Positions 47,701-60,991 of a DNA stretch of 64,000 bases are shown here, in pieces. The stretch is taken from assembly GCA_000708835.1 (NCBI GenBank), contig DF237086.1:1-64000 (forward strand), written 5' to 3'. The notes beneath the pieces were generated by a model. It was not told where the DNA came from and made no database searches. It saw nothing but the letters and a program-made list of their open reading frames with translations. The stretch comes from Klebsormidium nitens (lineage: Eukaryota > Plantae > Klebsormidiophyceae). Position 1 is the first letter of the stretch. The number at the start of each line of letters is the position of its first letter. The translations under genes and the position numbers were made by a program.

Positions 47701-49023
47701 CATGGCGGCGCTCGCAGCCAAGCGGCACGCGGTCCCGTTCGTCGTCCTCTGCGGTCTACATAAGGTATGGGCACTCGCCTTTTCTGTCGGAGACCAACGG
47801 TCTGGACGTTGAGTTCAGCTTAGAATGTGGGCGGACAGTGAATGGGAAAGTGGAAGGTACTTCGGGTATAAGGACGAGGGTGTAGAGGAAAGATTGCAGC
47901 GGAAAAGGGACTTTGTGAGAAAACTCTCTGGATGCATGGTCGCCCAAACTTGGTTCACTGGGTTTCGGTGCTCAATCCTGGTATGGAAATCCTGCTTATG
48001 AGTTCGGTCTCGTTCTTGCCGGGTTGGAGGTCCCTGAGACGGGTGGGGAACAAAGAGGTAGAGCCCCTCTCACGCCTCGCCCCCTATTCCTTCCATCTTA
48101 TTTTCAGGTCCGTGCTTGGCCTATGTTTACATTGCAGCGGTCTGGCTCGTACCTCACCGTCGGATACTGCGCAGACCGGAGTCCACGTGTCCAGAGGGCT
48201 TCCATGAGCCACCCCTGGCGTAATCGGCCCGCTCAACCCTGTCAGCTGTTCGTTACTAGTCCGTAAAAGCGGCGCTACTTCCAAATACTCAACTGAACCT
48301 TTGGTCGTCTGCAGCTGTCCCCGGTCTTTCCCCACGACCCCGACACTCTGCTCAACGACTTCAAGTCCCCTTCCGGCGTGCTCGACTTTGGCGAAATTTC
48401 CGACTGCTTAGACAGCGCCGCGGGGCGCGTTCACACCCCCAACCCCTTCTTCGACTACATCCCCCCCGAGCTCGTCAGCCTCTTCATCACGGACGGGTGA
48501 GCGGCCGTCCTGCTGCCACGTGGCATGTGCCCAGATGTGTCCCGGACTGGATTGCTCCTGTTGCCACCTGCAAATGGTTGGACTTTTGTCCGGATAACCG
48601 TTTGAGAGTCCTATTGCGCTTGGTGATGGCTCTTTCCGGCAGTTCCGTCAGTTGAGACGGCCAACAATCATCCCCGTCATTCTCTGCCTCTGGACGAACT
48701 TTCAATCCGAGCTTTATTTCGAGCAGGGCAGCCCGTCAAACGCACCTGTGCAATATCATTCATATATTTGCTGCACGGCGGTTGGACGCAAAGTGCACGA
48801 AAGTATTCCCCTGGGAATGGCAGTGCAGTATGCTGATAATCTAGGATTTGTGTTCGTCAGGGTTTTGCATACAAGCTGGCAGTAGAGAGGTAAAAAGTCG
48901 CGGCGTCCAATCGTGTATTCTTACGCTTCTTGCCTTGCTCTTCTTGGCAGCGGAGGCCACAACCCGTCCTACGTCTACCGACTCATTGCCGAGTTCTACA
49001 GCCCGGAAGACTACGTCCTATAA
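38786..49023 (+). CDS. EIF2B2: Translation initiation factor eIF2B subunit beta
   Basis: Exons 38786-38832, 39710-39864, 40509-40778, 41720-41843, 46450-46554, 47036-47138, 47639-47764, 48315-48496, 48951-49023. Protein: [130 protein letters not shown], colinear with plant eIF2B-beta. Confidence 0.95.
41541..41583 (+). repeat. Intronic echo of the eIF2B-beta exon 4 acceptor and exon start
   Basis: TGTGCAG|AGTCGGATCGTGCGAGCTGGCGGCTGAAGCACAACG versus 41713-41755; 42/43 identical, offset 172 bp. Confidence 0.9.
41621..41700 (+). repeat. Tandem duplication (about 38-42 bp) of a pyrimidine tract plus GCAG
   Basis: AAAAGACAAT(T)GGG(G/C)TTATTTTCTT(T/C)TTGTGGCAGAAG occurs twice. Confidence 0.8.
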
Positions 49024-49879
49024 CCAGTAGGATGGCCATGCTCTTTGGACGACTGCAAAGCGCTTAAGGATTTCTCAAATGTCAAATTGACCTCAGCTTT
49101 TGTTTCAACCCCTCCTTCATCCGCTTTCTTCATGCCATGCGGACATTGAACCAGTATGTCTTGACTGATACGTCGCGTACTTCCATGAGCTCTCAGGCGG
49201 ACTTTGCAATCCACATATTTCGATGGTGGTGTCTGAGGCTAGAAACATGACTCGAAAATTGCACGGGTTGGGGCGCTCGTTCTAAAACAAAAAGTTTCTT
49301 GAGAAGCGTGGGGTGCCGGGTCTGTCATATGGGTTCTCTGAAAGACTACGATTAAAAGGCATGCCTTCAACAGCTACAAGAAAGGTTCTAGCAGTGATGC
49401 TCTCTTTTGGATTCTGGGCAGCCAGAAAAGTCTACTGCCGGGGAGGCTGATGCTCTTGTTGACTTGGGTTTTGCGTGAGGGGGGTTTTGACCTTATTCCC
49501 GGACATGTAGTGCGCACTGTGTGCTCGAGCTCTGCGACGTGTTCATGCATTTCCGCCCAGCTTCGCTGCACGAGGTTTCTCAGGATTCTCGTCTGAAAGC
49601 TTGCATGATTGACAACCCCGGTGCACTTTCTCATTTCCCTTGTCACGGACGCTCGAACGATTAGGAAAAGTCGTTGTTCTGTCCGGACTCTGCTCGGATT
49701 TGGTCAGGGACGGGGACTATATCTTACGAGGCACCCTCAGGAACGCCACTTGACCTGCGCCGTTGTGCTTGCACCTGCCAACGCTGCCGCCGTCATAGCG
49801 TGCCCTGCGGCCTTAGGCGTCCTCTTCACTTGTTCGTGAGCCGTCAAAATGGAACCCACTTCACTTTTCACCCACTTCA

Positions 49880-52370
49880 CCCCAACTTCCAACTTAAATT
49901 GATTGTCTGCGCCGCTTCAACATACTTCTGGGCACGAGCTTTTCTTTCCTGTTCTTCGGCTGTTTTCTTGGTATGAAACGTTGGCAAGGGTGTGTAGCGC
50001 GACTGAGCAGGCTTCTGGCCCAGTTGTCTCTGTCTGAGTCCTGATGGCCACCTTCGACACGCATTGTTAGAGCGACCTGTCTGCTCGACCACTTGAACTT
50101 GCTTCTCCATCCTGACAACCTGCATCACCGTCTCGAAAATCCCTGCACTGCGAACGAGCTTTCTCTGATCTTGGTGCTTGATGCTTCGGCATGGTTCCTC
50201 CTCAGCGGTGGAAAAGATTGATTCGATTCTCGCATGTCCGAATGCCAACAGTTGCTTCTGCTTGTAAGGTTGAGAATCCGCATCATCGTGTCATTGTACA
50301 GCCGCTGTGAAGTTATCTCGCGCGTCCGGCTTCTGCTTTTGTTCCTTTCCGGCTTCTTGATCTGGTTTGAAGGCAAAAGCATGAACAGTCTGTGGGGAGT
50401 CGGGACCAAGTAGACTGGATGGAGCAACGGTTTGTGTGGCGACTCCGCTTTCGCCGGGTTGCTAGTCGAGCGCCCGGGCTCTAGGTGTCGGAAGGGGATG
50501 CATTCTTGTCGACTATTGTGGAGTTGGGATTGTAAAAACCAATGCATGGTACTGAAAGCTTGCTTGCTATGATGCTCGGTCCGGCACTTCTGCATGATCG
50601 GGTCAGATGTCTTGGTTAGTCGGACCTAGCTGACGCTACAAAACACCGGGAATCTGATATAAACCCTTCTTTGGTATGCGCTCTCTCGTCGCCCCTTCTG
50701 CCTCCGGGATGGTGACTGCGAATTGCCTTTGCGCCATGTGGAATCAAGGACTAGCTGTGTCCAACCGGTCCTTTCCTCTTCTTGGGATTATTCCTCGGCA
50801 TGTGCATCGCTTCTAATGATGCCCAGCTAAACTAAGTCTTTTTGGGATTGTCATTGCGAGTGCTTTGCGCCTAGAGAAACCAACGGTATTGGTTGTTCCT
50901 CTTTTGCCTCCTGTTTGTGCTTGTGATTTGGCCTGTGCATGATTGCTGCTAATGATGCCCAGCTAAGTAAAGTCTTTGGCCGCCGAGGCCACAATTACCT
51001 CAATAAGTCCGCTGATGGCCGGGCGCTTAATTTTCTGTGATGAGAATTTGATCTGCACTGCCTCGACGATCTTGCTACACGACAGGGCTTGGATGCCGAG
51101 TTGTCTAATTGCTTCTTGCACGGCCGGCCTATCCAGTTGTCTCTTTGTCACACCTTGTGCGAAGAATGCCGCTATGCACAGTGTTCGTTCTCCCCTTTCC
51201 TTTCTCGCCGGTGGATAATCATTCGGAGCCGCAGGAACCACACAATTGTTTCCGAGCGCTTGTGACATTCGATTCTTCAGCGTTCCTATTCCGCCAACAA
51301 CAAAGCTGGGCCACGCCGCTTTCGCTCGTTTGCAATTGAAGTGTTCCCGACAGTAGGGCGCATGCTTCGAGATGGCTGGGACAACCGATCAATTTATGGA
51401 CAACCGTTTCAAATTGTGCAGAAGGTAAAGGCGCCTATATTGCATTTAGTTGCGTCACGCTCCGCCAAACTGATAACGGGCCGACTGACGGTACTTTGCT
51501 TAGAAGAAATTTCAGCAATGATGCCCAACTTTGACCTTTAATTTTGGTGGGGCCTACCAACCGTGCTTCACACGACCAATATAGTAAAAGTTGTGATTTG
51601 CGAAGTACGTGTGTTCCTCTTCCAGAGGGTTCGAAATAACACGATATATTTTAAAGGTGAGTTGGTCGTTTACGGGTGCAGCCAATCCTGCGGGATTTGT
51701 GTTTTTACACCTCCTTCTCTGCCCTTCCCGCGCGTACATTTCCAAATATCGACTTTCTTCCTGAAGTTTGCCAGTTTCTCTCTGCTTCAGATAGAACCGT
51801 TTATTTCCGGTCACTGCGCACGATCATCATAATGCCCGCCCCGGCCTTGCTGCCCCCAGGTTCTCCATCTTAGCTTTTGAGCGGATCTGAGAAAAAGCTC
51901 GAGAATTGAAGTAGACTTCTCCAATCGCGGTGAAGAACGGCTGCTATTGCAAGCGAGACAACGCGGATAGATTAGGTAATGTTATGCTCGACTTTGTGAC
52001 AAATGTTGTGCTCGACTTTGTGACCTCTCGTACCGTACAAATTCTTGAGCCCTTTGTTTGAAGCGCCAAGCTCCATGGAAATTCTCATTTCTCGTTTGCT
52101 TCTGCCTAGCCGTTGTCTCACATCTCGGTCGAGAATGCGAAAGTTGCCTGCCCATTAAGGGTCCATACCACACGCGGGCGAATCGAGTCCTCTTCTTTTG
52201 GTTTGGAGGTGACGTCCTGATCGTCAGTACAGGCAGCCGTGACGCACGTTTGGTTCTGAGGACCTCTGCACTCAAATGTCCCCAAATCGAGCATGTGATC
52301 AGTCCCTTCATGATGATGCTGCACAACCCTACAGATTATAAACTTGTAAGCGTCTTCGACGTGATGCACG
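49880..52370 (-). pseudogene. Frameshifted relic of a large unidentified protein-coding sequence
   Basis: Successive minus-strand protein-like segments in shifting frames: KRFYLKQRETGKLQEESRYLEMYAREG..FYYIGRVKHG, VGPTKIKGQSWASLLKFLLSKVPSVGPLSVW, LCIAAFFAQGVTKRQLDRPAVQEAIRQLGIQALS, FGHARIESIFSTAEEE. No splice signals or family recognised. Confidence 0.35.
50813..50977 (+). repeat. About 30-bp direct repeat pair
   Basis: CTAATGATGCCCAGCTAA..AAGTCTTT at 50813 and 50949. Confidence 0.7.
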
Positions 52371-53289
52371 ACTGCCCACTTCTTTCCGTCCCCTCTGGTG
52401 CGTGTATGATCCTATATATTCAGTCTAATATTCTCAACTTTCAACTTTCATGCACTCACAAAGTATGGATCATGAGCAGCACTTGTGGCAGGCTCTGGAC
52501 GTACGCTGCTGATTCAGGTCCGTATAAGTCTTGCCCTCGCTCATTGCAGGTAGCATTTATGCGCATGAGGTGGTGTCGAATTAGAAATTCCAAACAACAC
52601 TGATAATGACGTTTCCGCCGAGCTAGCTCTGACAGTATTCAATGGCTGCATGGCCACTACTTGACTCTGGCCTTCCCGAAATGTCAGCCGCCCGCTTCGC
52701 AATTGGAACATATCTGCGTTGCTTTCATAGCGCGGACGTGGGGGCCATTGTCTGCAAGTCTGCCACGCTCCTCCTGCTCTTAGCTTGGTTGCCTTTGATA
52801 TTGCTCAGCTCTTAAAACTTTACAAACTCTTTTTTTGGTTTTATTTGCAACTCATTCTTTCTGGAGTCTCAGTCGCGTTGCCCGCATGCATCGGCCGCCG
52901 AATAACGCGCACATGAGCCGTTGAAAGTCATGCGACCTGAGGCCCACGCTCCCCCTCCGATGTAGCTTGTATGGCCCCTGCCAGTGGAGAGACTGCTTTT
53001 ATAAACCTCGACTGGGGGAAAGGCAGTCCAACTGTCCTTATCTTTCATCTGACTGTTGGCCGTTTGTGGCTGCCGAAGTTTGCCCAGAACGCTTGGGATC
53101 GGACGACTCAGGCTGATCAGCCACCTCTCAAATGCAGCTGGGTCTGATGCGCGTACCAGGATCCCAAACGCATCTAGCCCGAGAATGTTTTCCGGTTCTC
53201 ATCAAGGACTTAATTTGAAACAAATCTCTTCAATTCAATTTTTCTTGTAATCCCTTGTCCTTCTGTGCTTTCGCTTGTGCATGTGTTTG

Positions 53290-54540
53290 GCTGACGGCAG
53301 CTTCGTTGGACGGAGTGATCTCTCTGGGGGGCAAGAGTACCATTAATAACGACAAGTTTTTCCCACATGCCAAAGCAACTTTCCAGTGCACTCCGTCGAA
53401 GCGTGACATTTGTACTTTTGTTCAACCCATAGTACCTGGTTGAACGACCACCGCTCATGTATCTACTCTGTCAAAGGGCTTCTTTGGAAGAGGCAATCAC
53501 GAGCTGAGAGTCTGAGGCGGAGGCCCGACGCCAACTCTGACGTTGTTCGTTTCACCTTAATTCCACGTCTCATTGCCAAGTCCAACAAACCGTCGTCATT
53601 TGAAGCTGCCATACGGTGCCAATATGGCGAAACCCAGCTCTTCAGGATGCAAGAGCCAGCAAGATGCCAAAAAACCCGAGTTGACGAGTTCGTTTGTCAG
53701 AGCGAAAAGAGCGGAGTTTGGATGAGCTGATGGTGGATCCAGGGAAATGCAGCGGTTCATTTACTTATTTCAATTGATCAAGAGACATAAATCATAGGAT
53801 GGGCGTCGAAAGAAATCACTCAGTGTTCTACGTATCTACAGCTGTCCCGACTTACTGCTGAGTAGAAAGTAATAACCCCGACTTTATGTGCGTCTCTTCC
53901 GTTCGGCGTCCACTGAGCTCTCTACATAATGTTTCGACTGCTAGAATGTCTCAAGCTTCATAAGCGGCAGAAGACTGGCGGTGTATGTCAATCGCAGTAA
54001 TCCCAATCGGGCAGCGGAGATCATTATAATACCACGGGTCATGTCTTTCAAACAACCTCCTTTTTGAGCCCCTTGCTTCTGCACTTACATCTAGAAAATA
54101 ACAAATTGCGGCACCCCGCTACCTTATTTCTAGCGGGCGAGCATATCGGCGAGGATGCGTTTCAAAGGTGGGCGGCGCTAGTTGACCCAACCCGCATCTT
54201 TCTCAACACTGATGCCGCCAATCTGAAGTACTCCTTCGTAATCCTGCAAGGCTCTAGCCAAATTGGAAGGGATCCTGAGCCGGTTGCGGCGGTCGACATC
54301 AAATGCGTGTGTTTAGCGTACCTTCCTACTAATGCAGATTTAACTGCACACAGGCAGATGTTACTCTCTTTACGTCTATTTGAGAAGCTGCTGTCCCGCG
54401 CAAAACCGAAGGGCTTGCAAGATGGGCAGCCCAGCTTGGGCCCTCCACCTGATCGCGGTGCTCTCTCAAACCTGGCAGACTTCGGACTGATTAAAGGCAA
54501 GGATGCGCGACTGAGGTTGGGAAGCTCTTTGCCCAGTTGA
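53290..54540 (+). pseudogene. Degenerate coding relic ending in a 158-codon open frame
   Basis: ORF 54064-54540 (ATLFLAGEHIGEDAFQRWAALVDPTRIFLNTDAANLKYSFVILQG..) reads as protein but has no ATG start. Upstream broken segments include YLVERPPLMYLLCQRASLEEAITS. Confidence 0.3.
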
Positions 54541-55749
54541 GTAGCAGCGAGGGCTCAGAGCCTTTTTTCTGTTGTAACCTCGGATAAAGGAATTCCATAT
54601 CCTCGTTTCCTTCCCATCCCCCTCACTTCTCGTCAATTGCAACGCCATCGTGACCCCCCGATTTAGCAAATTACGGGGATTCTTCCCGCAAAATCTAGGC
54701 TTGATGTCTCATGCTGCCCTCCTGCCGCATCTCGTTTTTCAAAAAAGCAACTGAGGTTTCAAAGAGCCGATAATCGTCCGACAGGCTCTGATTTTCCGAA
54801 TCAGTCTCAAGACGCCCTTCTTGAGAGCTGGTTGTGTCCTCGAGGAAGCCTGGGTGCGCGAACGCGCGCGCTTCTCTGGCACGCACCGTTCACAAAAAAG
54901 CTAAAACCTCCGCGCATTGGCGCTTGCCGCGGCCGCGCGCGCGTGCGCGCGCGCTGTACCCCGACCCCGCCGGCCACCTTGCCTGCCGGCCGTTGCAGCT
55001 TTCTGAAAGCATACGACAATGTATCGGGCGCATCAAACGTGAGTTGAGGTGCCTTTATAACTTCCAATCAGTAGCTTTTTCAGTCCGTCAGAGTTGTTCT
55101 CCAGTACGTTGCCGATCTGAAACGGGCTGTGTCAACTTGCCTCTTCCGCGGTCTTTCTGCGGCAGAAACTATCAAGGCGTGTTGCTGCCATTCAATTTCA
55201 AAATGACCAATCGGATCCCTGTCGGACGTCCGGGCTAAGAGCACCACGTATAGCCGAATTCTGCTTTGTCCGAGTCGTTCGTGCTTCTTTCGACGATCCA
55301 CGCAATTTCGTGTAATAACCGAATTCCTCGTTGACGCAATGACCGTCCGTTGAGCGCGCTTCTGCCCAACATACAGCTGGGAGTTGCCCCGCTGTTACAG
55401 TCGTCATTATCTGCATCATGACTGGACACGACTAAGTTCATACTTCCGCTCCTCACGAATAGAGACGTGCGCGCGCTGCGAGGGCCCATGGTGAAGTCTT
55501 TTCGTCATACGTTCTGTTTGACATCGGAAACTCTTGTCAAAGCTGGCTCTTCAAATCTGGAGCAGCTGACCGGCCTCATGAGTGATTGGCGAGGATTTCA
55601 ATCAGTTCCACAAGCACCGGTCAAGCACGATCGGACACGACGACGTTCGCTGATGGCCATCGACAACATATTTCCGCACTGATTAGTAATCTGAATCTTT
55701 GAAAGGTAGTATGGTTTTGCGTCCCTATAAGCCTCTTATCAACCGGCGG

Positions 55750-56720
55750 TCATGCAAACCTCTGCAGCAACAGGAAATGGTACTGACCGTGTACTTCGAC
55801 AAAATCCGCGTGATAGGTTGATTTTTCTTCATGTGTTCCGGAGCACCGCCGATGAACTTTCACAATTCTTGGGCGAAGCCAAAGACAATCTGAAGTAACA
55901 AGACCTCGCCTCTAATTTCTAGATTGGCCGCGTTTGTCGCGGTCAGTTTGCTGCTTTCCTGATTGCTCAGATCGTAGAGGTCAAATGGCCGGGGGCATAA
56001 CGGGAGGATCCCACTCCCCTTCAAGCGGTTCTGTGTAACGAATTAGCTGCTTCATAATCAAGGAATCGTTAGCATCACGCATCATAATGGCCTTGATGAG
56101 GATTGGCAAGGATACGCCTGATCTGGGCCTACTCGACCCATAGTTCGATCGTCCTTCTTCTGATGCTAATCCACTAATTTATTCGGTTGTTAAGACACAT
56201 TTTCCCACACCTATCATCCAGAATACGCTACACCATGCCTACGTTACACTCTGTCTGACCGCTTTGCACCAAATACGTAATTCTTCCACCCCTCGTATGT
56301 TACGCTTCCGTACTTCAGCCGGGGTTAGAGTTTCACTAGAGGTTGCTCATTTCAAAGATCTGGAACATGAACGCATCTTCTGTCCTGCCTTAATCGAACT
56401 CTTTTCCTCGGACGCTTCGATCCCCGACAGAATGTAACCAGCGCCCAGAGCGAAATAGCTGTTTGGAACCGCGACTGATCACGTCGCCAATCTCGCCAAT
56501 GATGCCACCTCTCGTTGAAGTCAAGTTAGGACGGCCCCAATGAGCCGGAATTGAAAGCAGATCGGCGGCTGCTTGGGCCAGCCCACGTTTCCAATACACC
56601 GGAGCCAGCACGGATGCGCGACATGTATGGTGGTCGAATCTTCAGAGACGTAGACGTAGATGGTTGAGCTGATGCTGGCGTCAGAAAAGTTTGGTCCGTT
56701 TGTGATCAACTTGACGACAC
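55750..56720 (-). pseudogene. Degenerate coding relic
   Basis: Broken minus-strand segments: VVKLITNGPNFSDASISSTIYVYVSED, VLAPVYWKRGLAQAAADLLSIPAHWG, LPILIKAIMMRDANDSLIMKQLIRYTEPLEGEW, LEIRGEVLLLQIVFGFAQEL. Confidence 0.3.
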
Positions 56721-59286
56721 GTGAACTGTGTCATGAGCAAAGTACTTGTTGTGTTCCCATATTCAATGAGTGGCCGAATCTGACAAGTAAAATACTGAGC
56801 TGATATCATTCCCGTGAAAACATCTACGTCTATCCATCTGGCATTACCGGGGCTTCCGGTATTGCAATAGCCGTTGATGGGTCTCGAGCCTTACGTCTTG
56901 ATGCCTTACGCCTTGAACTCTGCACTCAGTCCCTAATGTGGCAGTGAATCCAGAAAATATCTGCAAACAATCCCAAATGTGACAGTGAATCTACGAAGTC
57001 AGCAAACCGGAAGGAATTAGAATGAGATCTGTCCTTCCATTCCTTAACAGCCAGAATCATCCAATTTCGTGTACACTTCTGTGTTTACGAAAAGCGGGCA
57101 AAAGTAGGGGCTTGGCTTAAGCAACCCGTTGGCACGTGCGCTGGAAATAGGCAGGCCGACTGACCTTAACTTGCTTACTCCATAAAGAGTCACCGCTTCT
57201 GACAAAACGTTTTGAAACTGTTTGCGCCCAAATCGAAAGTGCACATACTGGGCCCGGAGCGACGTCTCCTCAGTTGTAGGAACGCCTCTAGGGGTTTCCG
57301 AGATTCCACTTACCCGGGACGTCCAACCTTAATGAGGTGCGAACGCTCGCGCGTGCTTTCAAAGCTTGCGCGCTCATCGCGCAGTCCGCGCTCTATTCAC
57401 CGCGGTCGGTGACAGGCCTGGCTCGAGGAATGCATACCGTGCACGCACTGCGTCGTACAGCTTAATAAGCGGATTGGGCGTAGGATGCCCATCAGGCCGG
57501 GTCTAAGAGTGTTCAAGTTTCAGCCTGTAAAAGCACATGCACGTGTATGGGCTCCATCGACGTGCGATCCTGTCCTGGTAATCATGAATCAGATGAAGTT
57601 AGGTTCTTGTGCGGATCTGGCCATGTCCATCGTATCGAGCTTTCTGGCGATGCTTTTTTCGAAGTTCGGCTCAACGAGTCCGAGTTATCTCATGCGTGCC
57701 GGCGGTTGCCGCCTCGAAAGATTCATCAAGTCACCAAGTGGGAGAAGTGTCTACTTTCGTCGAGCCTCAAGCTTAAAGGTGTCTGACTCTGTTTGTTTTA
57801 ACAGATTACTATAGACAAGCCAGCGGGTCACGTTCAAGTTGCAGCAAGCCAGACTAAGTCGACCTTGCAACATATAGCGTACTATAAGTTCTGATGAGTA
57901 ATTTGACGTTATTGGTGTACCTTGAACCTGGTCGTTCAGTTCTGCTCCCCCTTTTTTCTTCTCCTTTACGGAGGAGTAGTATTCAACATGCAGTCGGGGA
58001 AGTGAGGACCGCCCAGCATCTGAGACGCACCAGCTGACATCTGCTTCTGCGCTGACGTCCGCTGTCTCATGTGGCCTGGATGCACCTTTACCCTTCTTGA
58101 AGCAAAGCCTAAGCCGCTAGCATAGCAGCAGTCACGTTCTTATCGATCCATACAGTCTCTTCTTATAGCGCGCAGATTCAGCCGCAGACTTCGCAAACAT
58201 TGTCATCTTGGATACCTTTTACGACGGGAAACGTGAGATTGCGGCACGAAGCTGGCTTGCAAGACGGGCAGCCCTTGCAGCCCTTCACCTGATACTCGGC
58301 TCCGACTTAAAGCCCAAAGCAACTTAAAGCGGACCAGTACAACTTGATTATTAGGCCAAAAAACCTTAGTCATATTCATCATGAGACTTGGTTTGCAAAC
58401 TCCCAAATCAGGCCTCTTCGGATCGAACCCACTGGCCCTAATAAGCATGAACGTACGGATTCCGGTAGGCTGCAAAACGGCCTCGTGATGAGTCCTTAGG
58501 CTCAACGACTCCCCCTACAGGAAACAGATGCCCCGGTTCGAAGTCTTCCCCCGGCCCGTTCGACTTCCTTTGATTTCAAAAGGAGCACCAATGTTCAAAC
58601 CTGCACGATTGCTGGGCGGCCGTTCTGAAAAGGGTTTCCGCTAAGTGTCCGCTTCTCTAGTTGCACACCTTCGACCCGCCATGTCTGTCACTCCCTACGC
58701 ATATGGACGCTTCCTGCTGGTTCTGCCCCCGCTGCAATCTCATGGGAGTATAGGGTCATCCGACCGTGGACCGGCCGGACAGCTTGGAGATCATTCGCGT
58801 AATGACAGCCCGTCAAAGTGCGCCTTTATTAGTCAATTCAATTGGCCCGGTAAGAGCGGGTTGGTTTAACGGTTGGTCCGAGGCTTTAGCTGAATGGTCT
58901 GTGTCTCTTTACTTCTCAATCAGCCCTGAGCCCAGTCTGTGACGTCACTGATCACGTCGATGGAGCTGGGCCGCGCGCGCGAGCCGAATCGGGTAAAGCT
59001 CAATTCCTTTAGCGCTGCGTTTCAGTACGCGCGCAAGCATTAAACGCCACGCTAGGTGTCCATGATTGGGCCGCCGGAGACCACGCCCTTGCTTTGTAAG
59101 CACGGGCGCTTGGCAGATATGCGCGCGCTTTCTGTGGCGCACTCGCGCACTCGTTTTCCCTGGTTGTATCTGACGGGATAATGGCTAGGAATAGCATCGC
59201 GTATGAGACTGCGATGGGAATTCTCGGCCCCATAGCAGTTGTCTTGTTTCATGAGCCACCTTTTGAAGGTAACTATCGACTGGACT

Positions 59287-59467
59287 TTGTGAAATCCTCG
59301 TCTCTCGTCCCGTTCTAATTTTTTTCTTTTATTTGCGTTTGCAACACTTTGACCTCTTCATTTTTGGGCCCTTCTTCTTGTGAAATCCTCGTCTCTCGTC
59401 CCGTTCTTTTTTCCTGTTATTTGCGTTTGCAACACTTTGACCTCTTCATTTTTGGGCCCCTCTTCTT
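59287..59467 (+). repeat. Near-perfect tandem duplication (about 90 bp x 2) ending in a pyrimidine tract plus TACAG
   Basis: TTGTGAAATCCTCGTCTCTCGTCCCGTTCT..ATTTGCGTTTGCAACACTTTGACCTCTTCATTTTTGGGCCC..TCTTC occurs twice; a GAAG|GTAACT donor-like site lies at 59267. Confidence 0.9.
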
Positions 59468-60991
59468 GTACAGTCTCATGCTTGACGTTTCATGGCGTAG
59501 TGTTTTGCAGGCAAGCAAAGGAAGTGTGATTATTTGAGCTGAGATTACTTGAGATTGACAAATGTACGTCGGTCTTCGTAAAGCGTCCTGCCAGTATTCC
59601 GCCCTTTCGCTCAAATTTGTGTTCTTTTATCTGCTGACGTGGCACTGATGCACACCCTGTTCTTGGCGCTTTGCGGCCTGGCCATGGAGCGACGTGGCCC
59701 GCTGCTAACGCCATGGACACTTTGGCTAGATCTGCTGATGCCATCGCACGTCATCAAGCAGAATATACGTTGGCTGGATCCGTTTCAAAAGGGGTCGGTG
59801 CTTGTGTGTCTTTGGGTCGGAGTCTGGCAATGACCCAGTCCGCCAATGACCCGCGACGGTCACGTATAAGCCTGGCAGCTCCTATAAAGGACGCATAATT
59901 ATCGTCAGTCCGCGTAATTTGCTGCGTCACTGCCTTCAAGACCAAATATAAGTCGCCAGCCCTTCGCTTTCCACACTCAGAATATAATACCAAGGGCCGA
60001 CAGCCATGAAGTTCGCGGTTGATTCCGTATCTTCGTTCGAGTCAATCTGACTATCAACTTGATGCTCGTTAAACTCCCAGCCTAGCTCTTTACGTCGATC
60101 GTTAGTCGTTGTCCCAATTCACATCAAGTCATGAAAGGCCGGTGAGCAAATAGGCTGGTCTCTTCCCTCTTGGAGTCGAAGTGATATGAAAGAGGTGTCA
60201 AAACATGAGTCATGTGCAGATCTGAAGTCCTCAAAGTCCAGCAATTAATGTGCCAACTTCAGTGTATCCTACTTAAGAAAGCCTGTCAGTCAGTCGCTCT
60301 AAAAGTCCAAGAATTAGACCCTCCTTAGACCATTATATATGGAATTCGAAACGTGTGAATGGGGGTCACATTTTTCGCCTTCGACTTCGAGACTGTCTCA
60401 ATGATATTCTTTTGTTAGAGTCTGTGTTAGCAATGGGTGTTCAACCGAATAACCAAGTGGTTAAGGAATTGACGTGCAGTCAATGATACATTTGATGTCG
60501 GAATGCGGAGATTCGAGCGCGAAAGTTGAAGAGCGGGAAAGTTGAGCGATGCAGATTCAGATTGTGAGTTTAAGCGGCGGCATGATTTTAATACGATGAA
60601 CAGGAAGACATAACATGATTGAACACAATTCCAGGAGAAGGATGATAGAGAAGCGAGGCACCTGTGAAAGGCGCTCAGGCCATCGCTCCGTGTGCAACAT
60701 GTGATCGTCCATCGGGCGTCCATCATCATCGGATGCATTGATGTGGTGTGCTGACTTTAATTTCTAGCATTCTTGTTATCTAACGTTGGCCTTGGAGCAA
60801 ATCAAAACAATTTAACCGTTAGAACTCTGTCAACAGGGGGAATTCCATTGGACGAATATGTGATCTGACCTTCTTCTTTTGCTGTCTGATTTTCGAGAAG
60901 CGTAAGCAGGACCGTACAATCGTACAAGCAAGAACGTCGGGTTTGTTGATCGAAGATTTGCAGCCGTTAGATAAGGGGCAGACACCCAATA

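Noticed and set aside
52058-52603. 181-aa plus-strand ORF with a signal-peptide-like start
   Set aside because: Cys/Ser/Leu-rich composition typical of a shadow frame; the minus strand here reads more protein-like; no family motif.
54830-54990. GCGCGC-rich palindromic island as a mobile element or terminator
   Set aside because: No TIR/TSD boundaries. Similar CpG-rich patches occur at several promoter-like positions (about 31780, 38500, 57340, 58970).
58390-58500. tRNA-like GGTTCGATCC B-box on the minus strand
   Set aside because: No cloverleaf, acceptor stem or A-box could be built.
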